DNA from: Occultella glacieicola
GTDB taxonomy: Bacteria > Actinomycetota > Actinomycetes > Actinomycetales > Beutenbergiaceae
Direction of reading: 5' to 3'
NCBI RefSeq assembly: GCF_004353825.1
Contig: NZ_SMNA01000006.1
Coordinates: forward strand, 372,001 to 436,000
DNA length: 64,000 nucleotides
Part shown: one piece after another, positions 19,363 to 27,541 of the stretch
Numbering within the stretch: the first letter of the stretch is position 1
Layout of the letters: every line of letters begins with the position of its first letter
The notes under the pieces: model-generated
Database searches by the model: none
What the model saw: the letters and a program-made list of their open reading frames with translations, nothing else
Told to the model about the DNA's origin: nothing
Program-made: the position numbers and the translations under genes

Positions 19363-19553
19363 CTGAATGCCACCGAACCGCGGCGGGAGAGTCCCGCAGT
19401 CGCGGGGCGCCGAAGGAGCAACCTCCCCGGGAATCTCTCAGGCCCCCAGACCGCCAGCGGCGAGGCTCCTCTGGAAAGCAGCCCTTCGGGGTTCACCGAC
19501 GGTGCAAGCGGGTCACGCCCGCGAAAGCTCTCAGGTCCGATGACAGAGCGGGG
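19363..19553 (+). ncRNA. Tandem glycine riboswitch
   Basis: Aptamer 1 GGAGAG...CGCCGAAGGAGCAA...ATCTCTCAGG; aptamer 2 CTCTGGAAAG...CACCGACGGTGCAA...CTCTCAGGT...ACAGAG; -10 CATAAT at 19341-19346. Confidence 0.93.
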
Positions 19554-19600
19554 AACACCCCCGCTGTCGGCGTACCCAGCGCCCTGTCCCAAGGAGTCCC

Positions 19601-20743
19601 GTGGCTCTCATCCTCGGCACGACCCCGACCACCCCCGAGCGCTCGCTCACGAGCGAGCCCGGCCGTGTCCGCGAACCGCTCTCGGGCCGTGGATCCCCGA
19701 ACCGGCGGCTCGGCATCCTCGCCATCATCGTGTCCGCGTCCGCCATGGGCGCGGCCGGACTGTTCAGCCGGATGGCGACGCCGTCCGGCGCCGTGATCGG
19801 TGAGTCCCTGACGCTCGGGCGGATGCTCGTCGGGGCGATCGGGACCCTGGCGGTGCTCGCGCTGGCCGGCCGGATCCGGCAGCTGCGCCGGGTGCGCCTG
19901 TCCGCATCGGTGGTCCTGGGTGGGGTGTTCCTCGGCCTCTCGCTCGCCACCTACATCTCCGCGACCGTGCTGACCGACCTCTCCCGGGCGGTCGTGCTGC
20001 ACTACATCGGTCCCGTGCTCGCGACCGTCCTGGCCCGGGTCCTGCTGAAGGAGCGGCCAGGACGCCTCGATGTGCTCTCCCTCGGGATCGGGTCGATCGG
20101 CATGGTGCTGGCGGCCGGTCTGCTGGTCTCGGGCGACGCCGCGGCCCATCCCCCGGAACAGCAGCGTCTCGGCACCATCCTCGGGATCGCCTCCGGCCTC
20201 AGCTACGCGGTCGCGTTGCTGTGCTACCGCTACCGCTCCGACATGCCGGCCGACGTGCGGAGCTTCTGGAACTTCCTCTTCGGCGCGCTCGGAACCGGCG
20301 CGATGGTCGCCGTGACCCGGCCGGACCTGTCCGGCCTGACGGCGTCGAACTGGGCATGGGCCGGCACGTTCTTCCTGGTCTGCGGTCTGCTCGCGCTCGG
20401 CCTGCTCGTCGTGGCGGGCGCACATCTGCGGGCCGCCGAGCTCTCGAGCCTGTCCTACTGGGAGATCGTCGTGGCCATCGGGATCGGCGCCGTCGCGTTC
20501 GGTGAGGGCATCTCCCCGCTCGCCGCCGTTGGCGTGGTGCTCATCGTGGTCGCGATGGTCCCGATGCTGGCCCGCCGGCAACCCGGCCGGCGTCCGGCGA
20601 GATGCCGGCCGCCCGGAGCCGCTGACGCGATCGGGGCGGTCGACGACGGCGCTGCGACCGGATCGTCCGGGTCCACGGACTCCGCGCGACCACCTGGTCG
20701 CCCTCGACCCGGACCCCGATCTCCACGACCACATCGCCGGTGA
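19601..20743 (+). CDS. EamA/DMT-family transporter
   Basis: About 10 hydrophobic helices in two repeats, AVVLHYIGPV, LLKERPG, LSYWEIV, FGE; AAGGAG RBS. Confidence 0.85.
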   Translation: MALILGTTPTTPERSLTSEPGRVREPLSGRGSPNRRLGILAIIVSASAMGAAGLFSRMATPSGAVIGESLTLGRMLVGAIGTLAVLALAGRIRQLRRVRLSASVVLGGVFLGLSLATYISATVLTDLSRAVVLHYIGPVLATVLARVLLKERPGRLDVLSLGIGSIGMVLAAGLLVSGDAAAHPPEQQRLGTILGIASGLSYAVALLCYRYRSDMPADVRSFWNFLFGALGTGAMVAVTRPDLSGLTASNWAWAGTFFLVCGLLALGLLVVAGAHLRAAELSSLSYWEIVVAIGIGAVAFGEGISPLAAVGVVLIVVAMVPMLARRQPGRRPARCRPPGAADAIGAVDDGAATGSSGSTDSARPPGRPRPGPRSPRPHRR

Positions 20744-20783
20744 GGTCCGGCGCGAGCGTCGCGGGCCGCGAACGTCCTCCGCC

Positions 20784-20818
20784 GACGCGACCCGGCACCA
20801 CGGGTGCCGGGTCGCGTC
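20784..20818. terminator. Bidirectional hairpin terminator
   Basis: Perfect 16-bp stem GACGCGACCCGGCACC-acg-GGTGCCGGGTCGCGTC. Confidence 0.8.
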
Positions 20819-20845
20819 CGCTCCGTTGCCCGGGTGCGACCCGGG

Positions 20846-21697
20846 TCAGGCCTTCTTGGCGAAGTCCTCCGGGAACCCGTTGAACTCATCCGGGTGGAAC
20901 CCGGTCCGGTCGCCGCGCTCGAGGCCGTTGACGGCCTCGATGTCGGCGTCGGTCAGCTCGAAGTCGAAGACGGCGATGTTCTCCGCGACCCGCTCCGGGG
21001 TGACCGACTTCGGGATCACGATGTTGCCGAGCTGCAGGTGCCAGCGCAGCACCACCTGGGCCGCACTGCGGCCGAGCCGCTCGGCGATCGCAGTGATGAC
21101 CGGGTCGGCCAGGACCCGCCCCTGACCGAGCGGGCTGTAGGCCTCGGTGGCGATCCCCTGCGCCGCGTTGAACTCGCGGACGTCACGCTGCTGCAGGTAG
21201 GGGTGCACCTCGATCTGGTTCACGGACGGCAGCGGCAGGCCGGCCTCCACGAGCTGCTCGACGTGGTGGGGCAGGAAGTTGGAGACGCCGATCGAGCGGA
21301 TCCGGCCGGCGTCCTTCAGCTCGCTGATCGCGCGCCAGGAGTTCACGGCCTCACCGCGCTTCGGTGCCGGCCAGTGGATCAGGTAGAGGTCGACGACGTC
21401 CCGGCCCAGCGCCTTCGCGCTCGCGTCGAACGCGGCGAGGGTGCTGTCGTAACCCTGGTCGTCGTTGGCGAGCTTGGTGGTCACGAACACCTCGTCGGCG
21501 CCGAGCGACGAGGCTGCGAGGGCCGCGCCCACGCCGGTCTCGTTGCGGTAGCGGGCGGCGGTGTCGATCGCGCGGTAGCCCGCCTCGAGGGCGTGCGTCA
21601 CGGCGATCTGGGTCTCCTCCGGCGGCACCTGGAACACGCCGAAGCCGAGCTGCGGGATCGTCACGCCGTCGTTCAGTGTCACCTGGGGATGGGTCAT
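20846..21697 (-). CDS. Aldo/keto reductase (2,5-diketo-D-gluconate reductase-like)
   Basis: IPQLGFGVF, GYRAIDTAARY, FVTTKL, DLYLIHWP, IPKSVTPER. Confidence 0.93.
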   Translation of the reverse strand: MTHPQVTLNDGVTIPQLGFGVFQVPPEETQIAVTHALEAGYRAIDTAARYRNETGVGAALAASSLGADEVFVTTKLANDDQGYDSTLAAFDASAKALGRDVVDLYLIHWPAPKRGEAVNSWRAISELKDAGRIRSIGVSNFLPHHVEQLVEAGLPLPSVNQIEVHPYLQQRDVREFNAAQGIATEAYSPLGQGRVLADPVITAIAERLGRSAAQVVLRWHLQLGNIVIPKSVTPERVAENIAVFDFELTDADIEAVNGLERGDRTGFHPDEFNGFPEDFAKKA

Positions 21698-21822
21698 GGT
21701 GCTCCTTCTCTCGTCGCTGTCTGCTTAGGTATGACCATAGCGAGGTTGCGCGTCGAGAGAGTGTTCGTCTCGCTGGACGGCTTGCAGAACCGCGCCACGA
21801 GGCACCCGCTGCCAGCCGTGCC

Positions 21823-22467
21823 TCAGGCCGCGTCCGTCTGTGACCGCGGGTACAGGTCGGCCATCGCGAAGTCCAGATACCTGTGCAGAATGACCGTCCC
21901 ACCGTCCTGGAAGTGAACACGACAAAGGCACAGGAACGGCATGTAACTGTGCGCACGGACTCCGATCGGGCGCCCGGGCTCGCCCTTGACGGTGAAGATC
22001 CGGTTCCGCCAGCCGCGTCCGAGGAAGAACTCAGCTCTCGTCACGTCGGAAAGGTCTGACGGGTAGCCCTTCTCCGCTCGGCGGTGGCCGACGAGGGAGA
22101 CGAACACCTCGAACTTCTGGCCCGGGAGGTTCGACGGCGCGATCACGTGTGAGAGGAAGACGAACCTGTTGTCGTCGTACAGGCGCGACCGTTCGCGCAG
22201 CCACCCGTCCAGGTCCCCCCTCGATGCGCTAGCACCGGCCCCCAGCGCATGTCCGCGCTCGGCATCAACGGATCTGAGGTCCTCGTAACGGTCGATGAGT
22301 TTCGCGCTGAACCCCGCCGGACCACCGAGCTGAAGCTCCGCGCCGGATTTGACACGGGTGGTGATCGATCCCACGAATCGCGTCAGTGGCCTGCGGAAGA
22401 CAAGCAGGAGCACCAACATCGTGATCGGCCACACCAGCGTCTGCAATAGAGGGATCCAAGCCTCCAT
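21823..22467 (-). CDS. Membrane-anchored protein with a C-terminal prokaryotic YEATS-like domain
   Basis: 214 aa; N-terminal TM (LVWPITMLVLLLVFRR); C-terminal FEVFVSL...DVTRAEFFLGRGW...SYMPFLCLCRVHFQDG.TVILHRYLDF pattern; leaderless CATCCT-N6-ATG. Confidence 0.65.
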   Translation of the reverse strand: MEAWIPLLQTLVWPITMLVLLLVFRRPLTRFVGSITTRVKSGAELQLGGPAGFSAKLIDRYEDLRSVDAERGHALGAGASASRGDLDGWLRERSRLYDDNRFVFLSHVIAPSNLPGQKFEVFVSLVGHRRAEKGYPSDLSDVTRAEFFLGRGWRNRIFTVKGEPGRPIGVRAHSYMPFLCLCRVHFQDGGTVILHRYLDFAMADLYPRSQTDAA

Positions 22468-22578
22468 CCAGGCAGGATGGCACCGCACCGGGCGCAGCCG
22501 CAGGCGATTCGCACCAGACGGATACGTCGATCGCCAGCCGATGGGCGCGGGCCGCCGACTGCGACGATACTGACCTGC

Positions 22579-23562
22579 GTGACCAACGACCCCGCCCACG
22601 ACCTGCCCGAGTCCGAGGAGGTCGCCCGACTCGTCGGCAATGCGCCCCGCCCGTCCGCCGTGATCGTCAACCCGCACCGGCTCGACGACATCGAGCGTCT
22701 GCGCCGCACTATCAGCACCACGCTCACCGACGCGGACTGGCCGGAGCCCCTCTGGCTGGAGACCACCGAGGACGATCCGGGCACCGGGCAGGCCCGCGAG
22801 GCTGTGGCAGACGGTGCGGAGGTCGTGTTCGTCAGCGGCGGTGACGGCACCGTGCGGGCATGCGTCGAGGGACTCGCCGGAAGCGACGCGGCCCTGGCCA
22901 TCCTGCCGGGCGGTACCGGGAACCTGCTCGCCGGGAACTTCGCGATCCCCACCGACCCCGCCGACGGCGTGCGGCTGGCCATCGCGGGTGGGCGCCGGCG
23001 CATCGACGTCGGCGAGGTCGGCGCGCAGGTGTTCGCCGTGATGGCGGGCATGGGCTTCGACGCCAAGATGCTCGACAGCGCCTCGACGGAGCTGAAGGCC
23101 AGGATCGGCGCACCGGCCTACGTGGTGTCCGCGATGAAGCACCTGTTCGACCATCCGATGCGGGTGCAGGTGGTCGTCGACGACGCCGAGCCCCTCGACC
23201 GCAGGGCCCGCTCGGTGATCGTCGGGAACGTCGGTCAGATCCAGGCGGGCGTCGCACTCTTCCCGGACGCCGAGCCGGACGACGGCTACCTGGACGTGGC
23301 GATCCTCGCGCCGCGCCATCTCGGGCACTGGGTCTCGACCGTGGCGGGCGTGCTGACGCGCCGGAAGCGCGTGCCGAACCTGGAGATCCTGCGGGGCAAG
23401 CGCGTCCGAGTCCGGAGCACGCAGGCGCATGACCGTGAACTCGATGGCGACGTGATCGAGCCGGGTCACGAACTCCTGGCCACCATCCGGCCCGCCTGCC
23501 TCTGGATCTGTGTTCCCACCGAAAGGCCCACGGGAGGCTCGGGTGCTCGATCGGCCCGCTGA
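22579..23562 (+). CDS. Diacylglycerol/lipid kinase family (YegS/BmrU)
   Basis: VIVNP, GGDGTV, LPGGTGNL, AGMGFDA, DDGYLDV, ELDGD. Confidence 0.92.
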   Translation: MTNDPAHDLPESEEVARLVGNAPRPSAVIVNPHRLDDIERLRRTISTTLTDADWPEPLWLETTEDDPGTGQAREAVADGAEVVFVSGGDGTVRACVEGLAGSDAALAILPGGTGNLLAGNFAIPTDPADGVRLAIAGGRRRIDVGEVGAQVFAVMAGMGFDAKMLDSASTELKARIGAPAYVVSAMKHLFDHPMRVQVVVDDAEPLDRRARSVIVGNVGQIQAGVALFPDAEPDDGYLDVAILAPRHLGHWVSTVAGVLTRRKRVPNLEILRGKRVRVRSTQAHDRELDGDVIEPGHELLATIRPACLWICVPTERPTGGSGARSAR

Positions 23563-23688
23563 CGGCGAGCGTCCCGCCGCCGGAGGCCTCTCGAAGCCCC
23601 CGGTGCGATCGTAGGTGACGACTCCATGGCGGTGCCGGTGAGACGGCGAACAGGGGACGAGCAAGCCGCCATCGCGCGGTGGGTGGCC

Positions 23689-23721
23689 GGGCAGTGTGGG
23701 CAGTGTGGGCAGTGTGGGCAG
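23689..23721 (+). repeat. Short tandem repeat (GGGCAGTGT)x3.7
   Basis: GGGCAGTGT at 23689, 23698 and 23707 plus GGGCAG. Confidence 0.9.
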
Positions 23722-24079
23722 CACACGCATCGGATGGGGCCGGTGCGCCCGGACGGGTGAGGGTCCGCCGTCATAGAACCAGCCGGTGCTCGTCACCGCC
23801 TCCAGGCCGGAGGACTCGATCGTGACGACCACCCGGCCGGCCCGGTTCGGTGGGCACGCGGGCGGCGTCGGCCCCGGGTGGCGGCAACCGGCGCCCATCG
23901 TCCGCAGAGTCGAGTCGCCGAGGGCGGCGGGCTCACCGTCACAGGACGACCGCAGATCCCCGCGACGTGCACCCAGGTGGTCCTGAATCACGGGTGTCGC
24001 AGCGGTCCGGCTGCGAGCGCTCGTGGCACCGCGGTGCTGGACCGGCTCGCCCGGACTCCCTCGGATTTTTCATCCGGGT

Positions 24080-24107
24080 GCATCCGCCGGGGCAGCTTCG
24101 GCGGAAT
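24080..24107 (+). promoter_or_regulatory. Putative SigK/ECF19-type promoter
   Basis: GCATCC-N16-CGGAAT, resembling the mycobacterial SigK consensus CCATCC-N15-CCGAAT; 55 nt upstream of the operon. Confidence 0.6.
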
Positions 24108-24162
24108 ACCTCCATGTCAGCACGTCACCGGCCGCGCCGGGACCCACCCAGGAGGAACCATC

Positions 24163-24981
24163 ATGCGAAAGTCAGCAGCCGCCCTCGGCGGGACGCTCGG
24201 TATCGCCGCGCTCGTTCTCGCCGCCACCCCGGCCACCGCGGACTCCCACACGGCGTCCCTTTCCGTGCTGCACGGCGTTCCGGACCTCACCGTGGACGTC
24301 TACGTCAACGGAGAGATCACCCTCGACGACTTCGCGCCGGGCGAACTGGCCGGCCCGCTCGAGCTCGAGCCCGGCACCTACACCGTCGCGATCACCGCCG
24401 CGGACGCAGCCGATGACGGCGCCCCCGTGATCGGCCCGGTTGACCTGCCGCTGGAGGAGGGCAGGAACTACACCGCAGTCGCCCACCTCGACGCCCAGGG
24501 CAGCGCTCCGACGGCCACACTGTTCACCAACGACACGTCACCGACCGCGCCCGGCGAGGGCCGGCTCACGGTGCGGCACGTCGCCGCCGCTCCCGCGGTG
24601 GACGTACTGGCCGGGGGTGAGGCCGTGATCAGTGGGCTGGCGAACCCGGACGAGGCTTCGCTCGACCTGCCCGCCGGGACCGTCTCGGCCGCCGTGGCGG
24701 CCGCCGGCACCACCGAGCCGGTCATCGGGCCGGCGGATGTCACCGTTGCCGAGGGCGTCAGCACCGTCGTCTACGCCTGGGGCAGCCTCGAGGCCGGCAC
24801 CCTTGCCCTTGCCACGCAGACGATCGAGGGTCTGCACTCCTCCCCGGACGGGGTGCCGACCGGTCAGGTGCAGGTCGTCGAGGAATCGTCCTCGGCCGTC
24901 CTCTGGGCGGGTGCCGCCGCGGTGCTGGCTCTGTTCGTCGGCTTCGGCGTCCGACGGGCCGCCGTGACCCGCGACCGTTGA
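24163..24981 (+). CDS. Secreted DUF4397 protein with C-terminal sortase sorting signal
   Basis: GGAGG RBS; signal peptide; LSVLHGVP..VDVYVNG and LTVRHVAAAPAVDV repeats; VPTG + TM + RR tail. Confidence 0.85.
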   Translation: MRKSAAALGGTLGIAALVLAATPATADSHTASLSVLHGVPDLTVDVYVNGEITLDDFAPGELAGPLELEPGTYTVAITAADAADDGAPVIGPVDLPLEEGRNYTAVAHLDAQGSAPTATLFTNDTSPTAPGEGRLTVRHVAAAPAVDVLAGGEAVISGLANPDEASLDLPAGTVSAAVAAAGTTEPVIGPADVTVAEGVSTVVYAWGSLEAGTLALATQTIEGLHSSPDGVPTGQVQVVEESSSAVLWAGAAAVLALFVGFGVRRAAVTRDR

Positions 24982-25688
24982 TGAACTCGCGGGGCATGCG
25001 CCGCACCGGCGTCGCCGCGGCGGTAGCCGGCCTCGCGCTCATGGTGGGCTGCTCCCTCTCCCCTGGGGGGCAGCCCACCACCTCGACGGCGACGCCGGTC
25101 GGTGATGCCGACCCGGCCGGCGGCGCCACCACCGAGCCGGCACCTGGGCCCAGCGCCCCGGTGCCGGCCTCGCCCGTCCCGGGCGAGGGCCCGATTCCCG
25201 TGGTCGACTCGACCGGCACCCGCACCGCAGAGCCGGTGGTCGCCCCGGCGCGGCTCGAGCTGGCGGCGCTGGGCATCGACATGCCCGTCACGGCGGTCGA
25301 CATCGCCCCGGACGGACAGATGGAGATCCCCGAGAACGCCCTGGTCGCCGGCTGGTACCGGTTCGGTCCGACCGCAGGCGCCGTGTCTGGTGCGGTGGTG
25401 ATCGCCGCTCACGCCGGGTCCTACGTCACCCCGGTGGGACCGTTCCACGACCTGGATGAGGCGGCGGCGGGCGATCCGATCACGGTCACCCTGGTGGACG
25501 GCACCGCGGTGGCGTACGACGTGGAATCGGTGGAACGTCTGGCGAAGGACGTGATCGACCTCGGGCCGTACTTCGATCGGACGGGTGAGCACCGGCTCGT
25601 GCTCATCACCTGCGGAGGCCGTTGGGACCCCGAGCGCCGCAGTTACGACGACAACATCGTGCTGACCGCTAGGATTCGCACAGGATGA
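24981..25688 (+). CDS. Class F sortase
   Basis: GQMEIP, AGWY, VIAAH, LVLITCGG, YDDNIV; possible lipobox MVGC; TGATG coupling. Confidence 0.92.
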   Translation: MNSRGMRRTGVAAAVAGLALMVGCSLSPGGQPTTSTATPVGDADPAGGATTEPAPGPSAPVPASPVPGEGPIPVVDSTGTRTAEPVVAPARLELAALGIDMPVTAVDIAPDGQMEIPENALVAGWYRFGPTAGAVSGAVVIAAHAGSYVTPVGPFHDLDEAAAGDPITVTLVDGTAVAYDVESVERLAKDVIDLGPYFDRTGEHRLVLITCGGRWDPERRSYDDNIVLTARIRTG

Positions 25689-26323
25689 ACGGGCAGGTGG
25701 GGCGTCCCGGCGCAACGACGCGGGACCGGCCGAGCGGGTCCCCGGTGACGTCGAGGAGGTCGGAGCCAGTGGGCGAGGTGGAGGCGACGGCCATGCTGCT
25801 TGAGCGCGCCTTCCTCGACGGCAGGCCCGAGTCGATGCGGGCCCTCTATGACCGATACGCACCGCTCGTTTTCACGATCGCGATGCGTTCCCTGGCTTCG
25901 GTCCCCGACGCCGAGGACGTGACCCAGCAGGTGTTCGTCGCGGCATGGCGGGGCCGGGTTGGGTTCGATCCTTCCCGCGCACCGCTGCAGGCGTGGCTGA
26001 TCGGGATCACCAGGAACGCCGTCGCCGACGCGCACGCCCGCAGAGCCCGAGAGGGACGGGCCACCGACGCTGCCCGGACCGGGGCCACCGACCACATCGA
26101 GGACGGCTCGGCACAGGTGGTGGACCAGGTGCTGGTCGCCGAAGCGATCGACGAGCTGGGTGAACCGCAACGAGCGATTATCAGAATGGCGTTCTTCGAC
26201 GAGTTGACCCATGTCGAGATCGCCGACCGGGTCGGCCTTCCGCTCGGCACCGTGAAATCACACATCAGACGGAGCCTCGGCAGGCTGCGCACGAGACTGG
26301 AGGTGGCAGATGTCGCATCTTGA
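25685..26323 (+). CDS. sigK: ECF RNA polymerase sigma factor (SigK-like)
   Basis: DAEDVTQQVF, WLIGITRN, LTHVEIA..GLPLGTVKSHIRRSL; exact start uncertain. Confidence 0.85.
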   Translation: MNGQVGRPGATTRDRPSGSPVTSRRSEPVGEVEATAMLLERAFLDGRPESMRALYDRYAPLVFTIAMRSLASVPDAEDVTQQVFVAAWRGRVGFDPSRAPLQAWLIGITRNAVADAHARRAREGRATDAARTGATDHIEDGSAQVVDQVLVAEAIDELGEPQRAIIRMAFFDELTHVEIADRVGLPLGTVKSHIRRSLGRLRTRLEVADVAS

Positions 26324-27053
26324 CGACCAGACGATCGCCCTCCGTGCCCTCGGCGAGGACCCGGGGCCTGAGGCGAGCGCGCACCTGGCCGGCTGTGCCA
26401 CGTGCCGCGACGAGGTCGGGGCCCTGCAGCGGGTGACGACCGCCGCGCGTGCGGGCGCGCCCCGCCTGGACGTTCCCGATGAGCGGGTCTGGCAGCATGT
26501 GGCCGAGGAACTCGGCCTGGACCGGATCGGTGCCGATGGAGTCGTCACCGACGAGGTCGACGCGGACCCGGACGACGCCGACGAGCCGCACGCGCCGATC
26601 CGGCTCAGTCACGACGTGCCCGCGCCCACGTCGTGGTGGCGGCGCCCCGTCTGGGTCGCGGCCGCCGGGTTCGTGCTCGGGGCCGCGGTCACCGCCGGCG
26701 CCCTGACGCTGGGTGGAGAAGGCGAACCACCGGTCGTCGCGACGGCCGAACTCGACCCACTGCCCGGCCACGAGGTGACCGGTACCGCCGCAGTTCATGA
26801 CGTGGACGGGCGTCAGGTCCTGCGCGTGGAACTTCCGGACCCCGGTGGCGCCGGGTTCCTGGAGGTCTGGCTCCTCGACGCCGACGCACAACGACTGGTC
26901 AGCCTCGGCATCCTCACCGGCACCGAGGGAACCTTCGACCTGCCCGTCGGCCTGGACCTCAGCGAGTTCCCGGTCGTGGACGTCTCGGAGGAACCTTTCG
27001 ACGGGGACCCAGCGCACAGCGGGGACAGCATCGTGCGCGGCACGCTCGCCTGA
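26310..27053 (+). CDS. rskA: RskA-family anti-sigma factor
   Basis: HLAGCATC (ZAS HxxxCxxC), single TM, extracytoplasmic EVWLL...SLG...VDVSEEP..G.PAHSG. Confidence 0.85.
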   Translation: MSHLDDQTIALRALGEDPGPEASAHLAGCATCRDEVGALQRVTTAARAGAPRLDVPDERVWQHVAEELGLDRIGADGVVTDEVDADPDDADEPHAPIRLSHDVPAPTSWWRRPVWVAAAGFVLGAAVTAGALTLGGEGEPPVVATAELDPLPGHEVTGTAAVHDVDGRQVLRVELPDPGGAGFLEVWLLDADAQRLVSLGILTGTEGTFDLPVGLDLSEFPVVDVSEEPFDGDPAHSGDSIVRGTLA

Positions 27054-27541
27054 GCGGACGGCATCGAGCGCGCACGCTCCCCCGAGCCGGCGGGCCTGCC
27101 ACTCGGAGGTCGACGCGCCCGGGGTGCCCCTCGTATCGATGGTGAACAGGTCCCTGACCTCACGCCGTCTCGCCGCGCCCTGGACCACCCGTCGGTATCA
27201 CGCGCGAGACCCAGGCGCTGAAGTTTCCCGTTCGCCACGTCGACCTCTAGGTCCGACGGCGGGTCGGCGACGACCGAGTGGTCAGACTCCCCCACCGCGA
27301 TGCTCGTGATGACTTCGGCGACCTTCGCGGTCTCGTCAGCATCGTCGTGTCGGCCCTTCCTCGTGGGATGTGCAGTCCGAACGAGTCCTCAGCGGGTCGC
27401 GCACCCGGGCCATCCCCGGCGACCGCCGGCAGACCTACGCCGCCCACCCGTCGTGGCAGGGCGCCGAGCCTGCTGCTCGCAGGCACGCGATAGCGTGACC
27501 CGGGCAACTCCGCCCTCCCCGCTCAGCCCGAAGGACTTCGC

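Noticed and set aside
23689..23721. Tandem repeat as a CRISPR-like array
   Set aside because: 9-bp units with no spacers and no cas genes; no CRISPR array seen anywhere in the window
21823..23991. 722-aa ORF as one gene
   Set aside because: Its 5' two-thirds is antisense to the lipid kinase gene and intergenic DNA; only 22467-21823 looks like a real protein with its own -10
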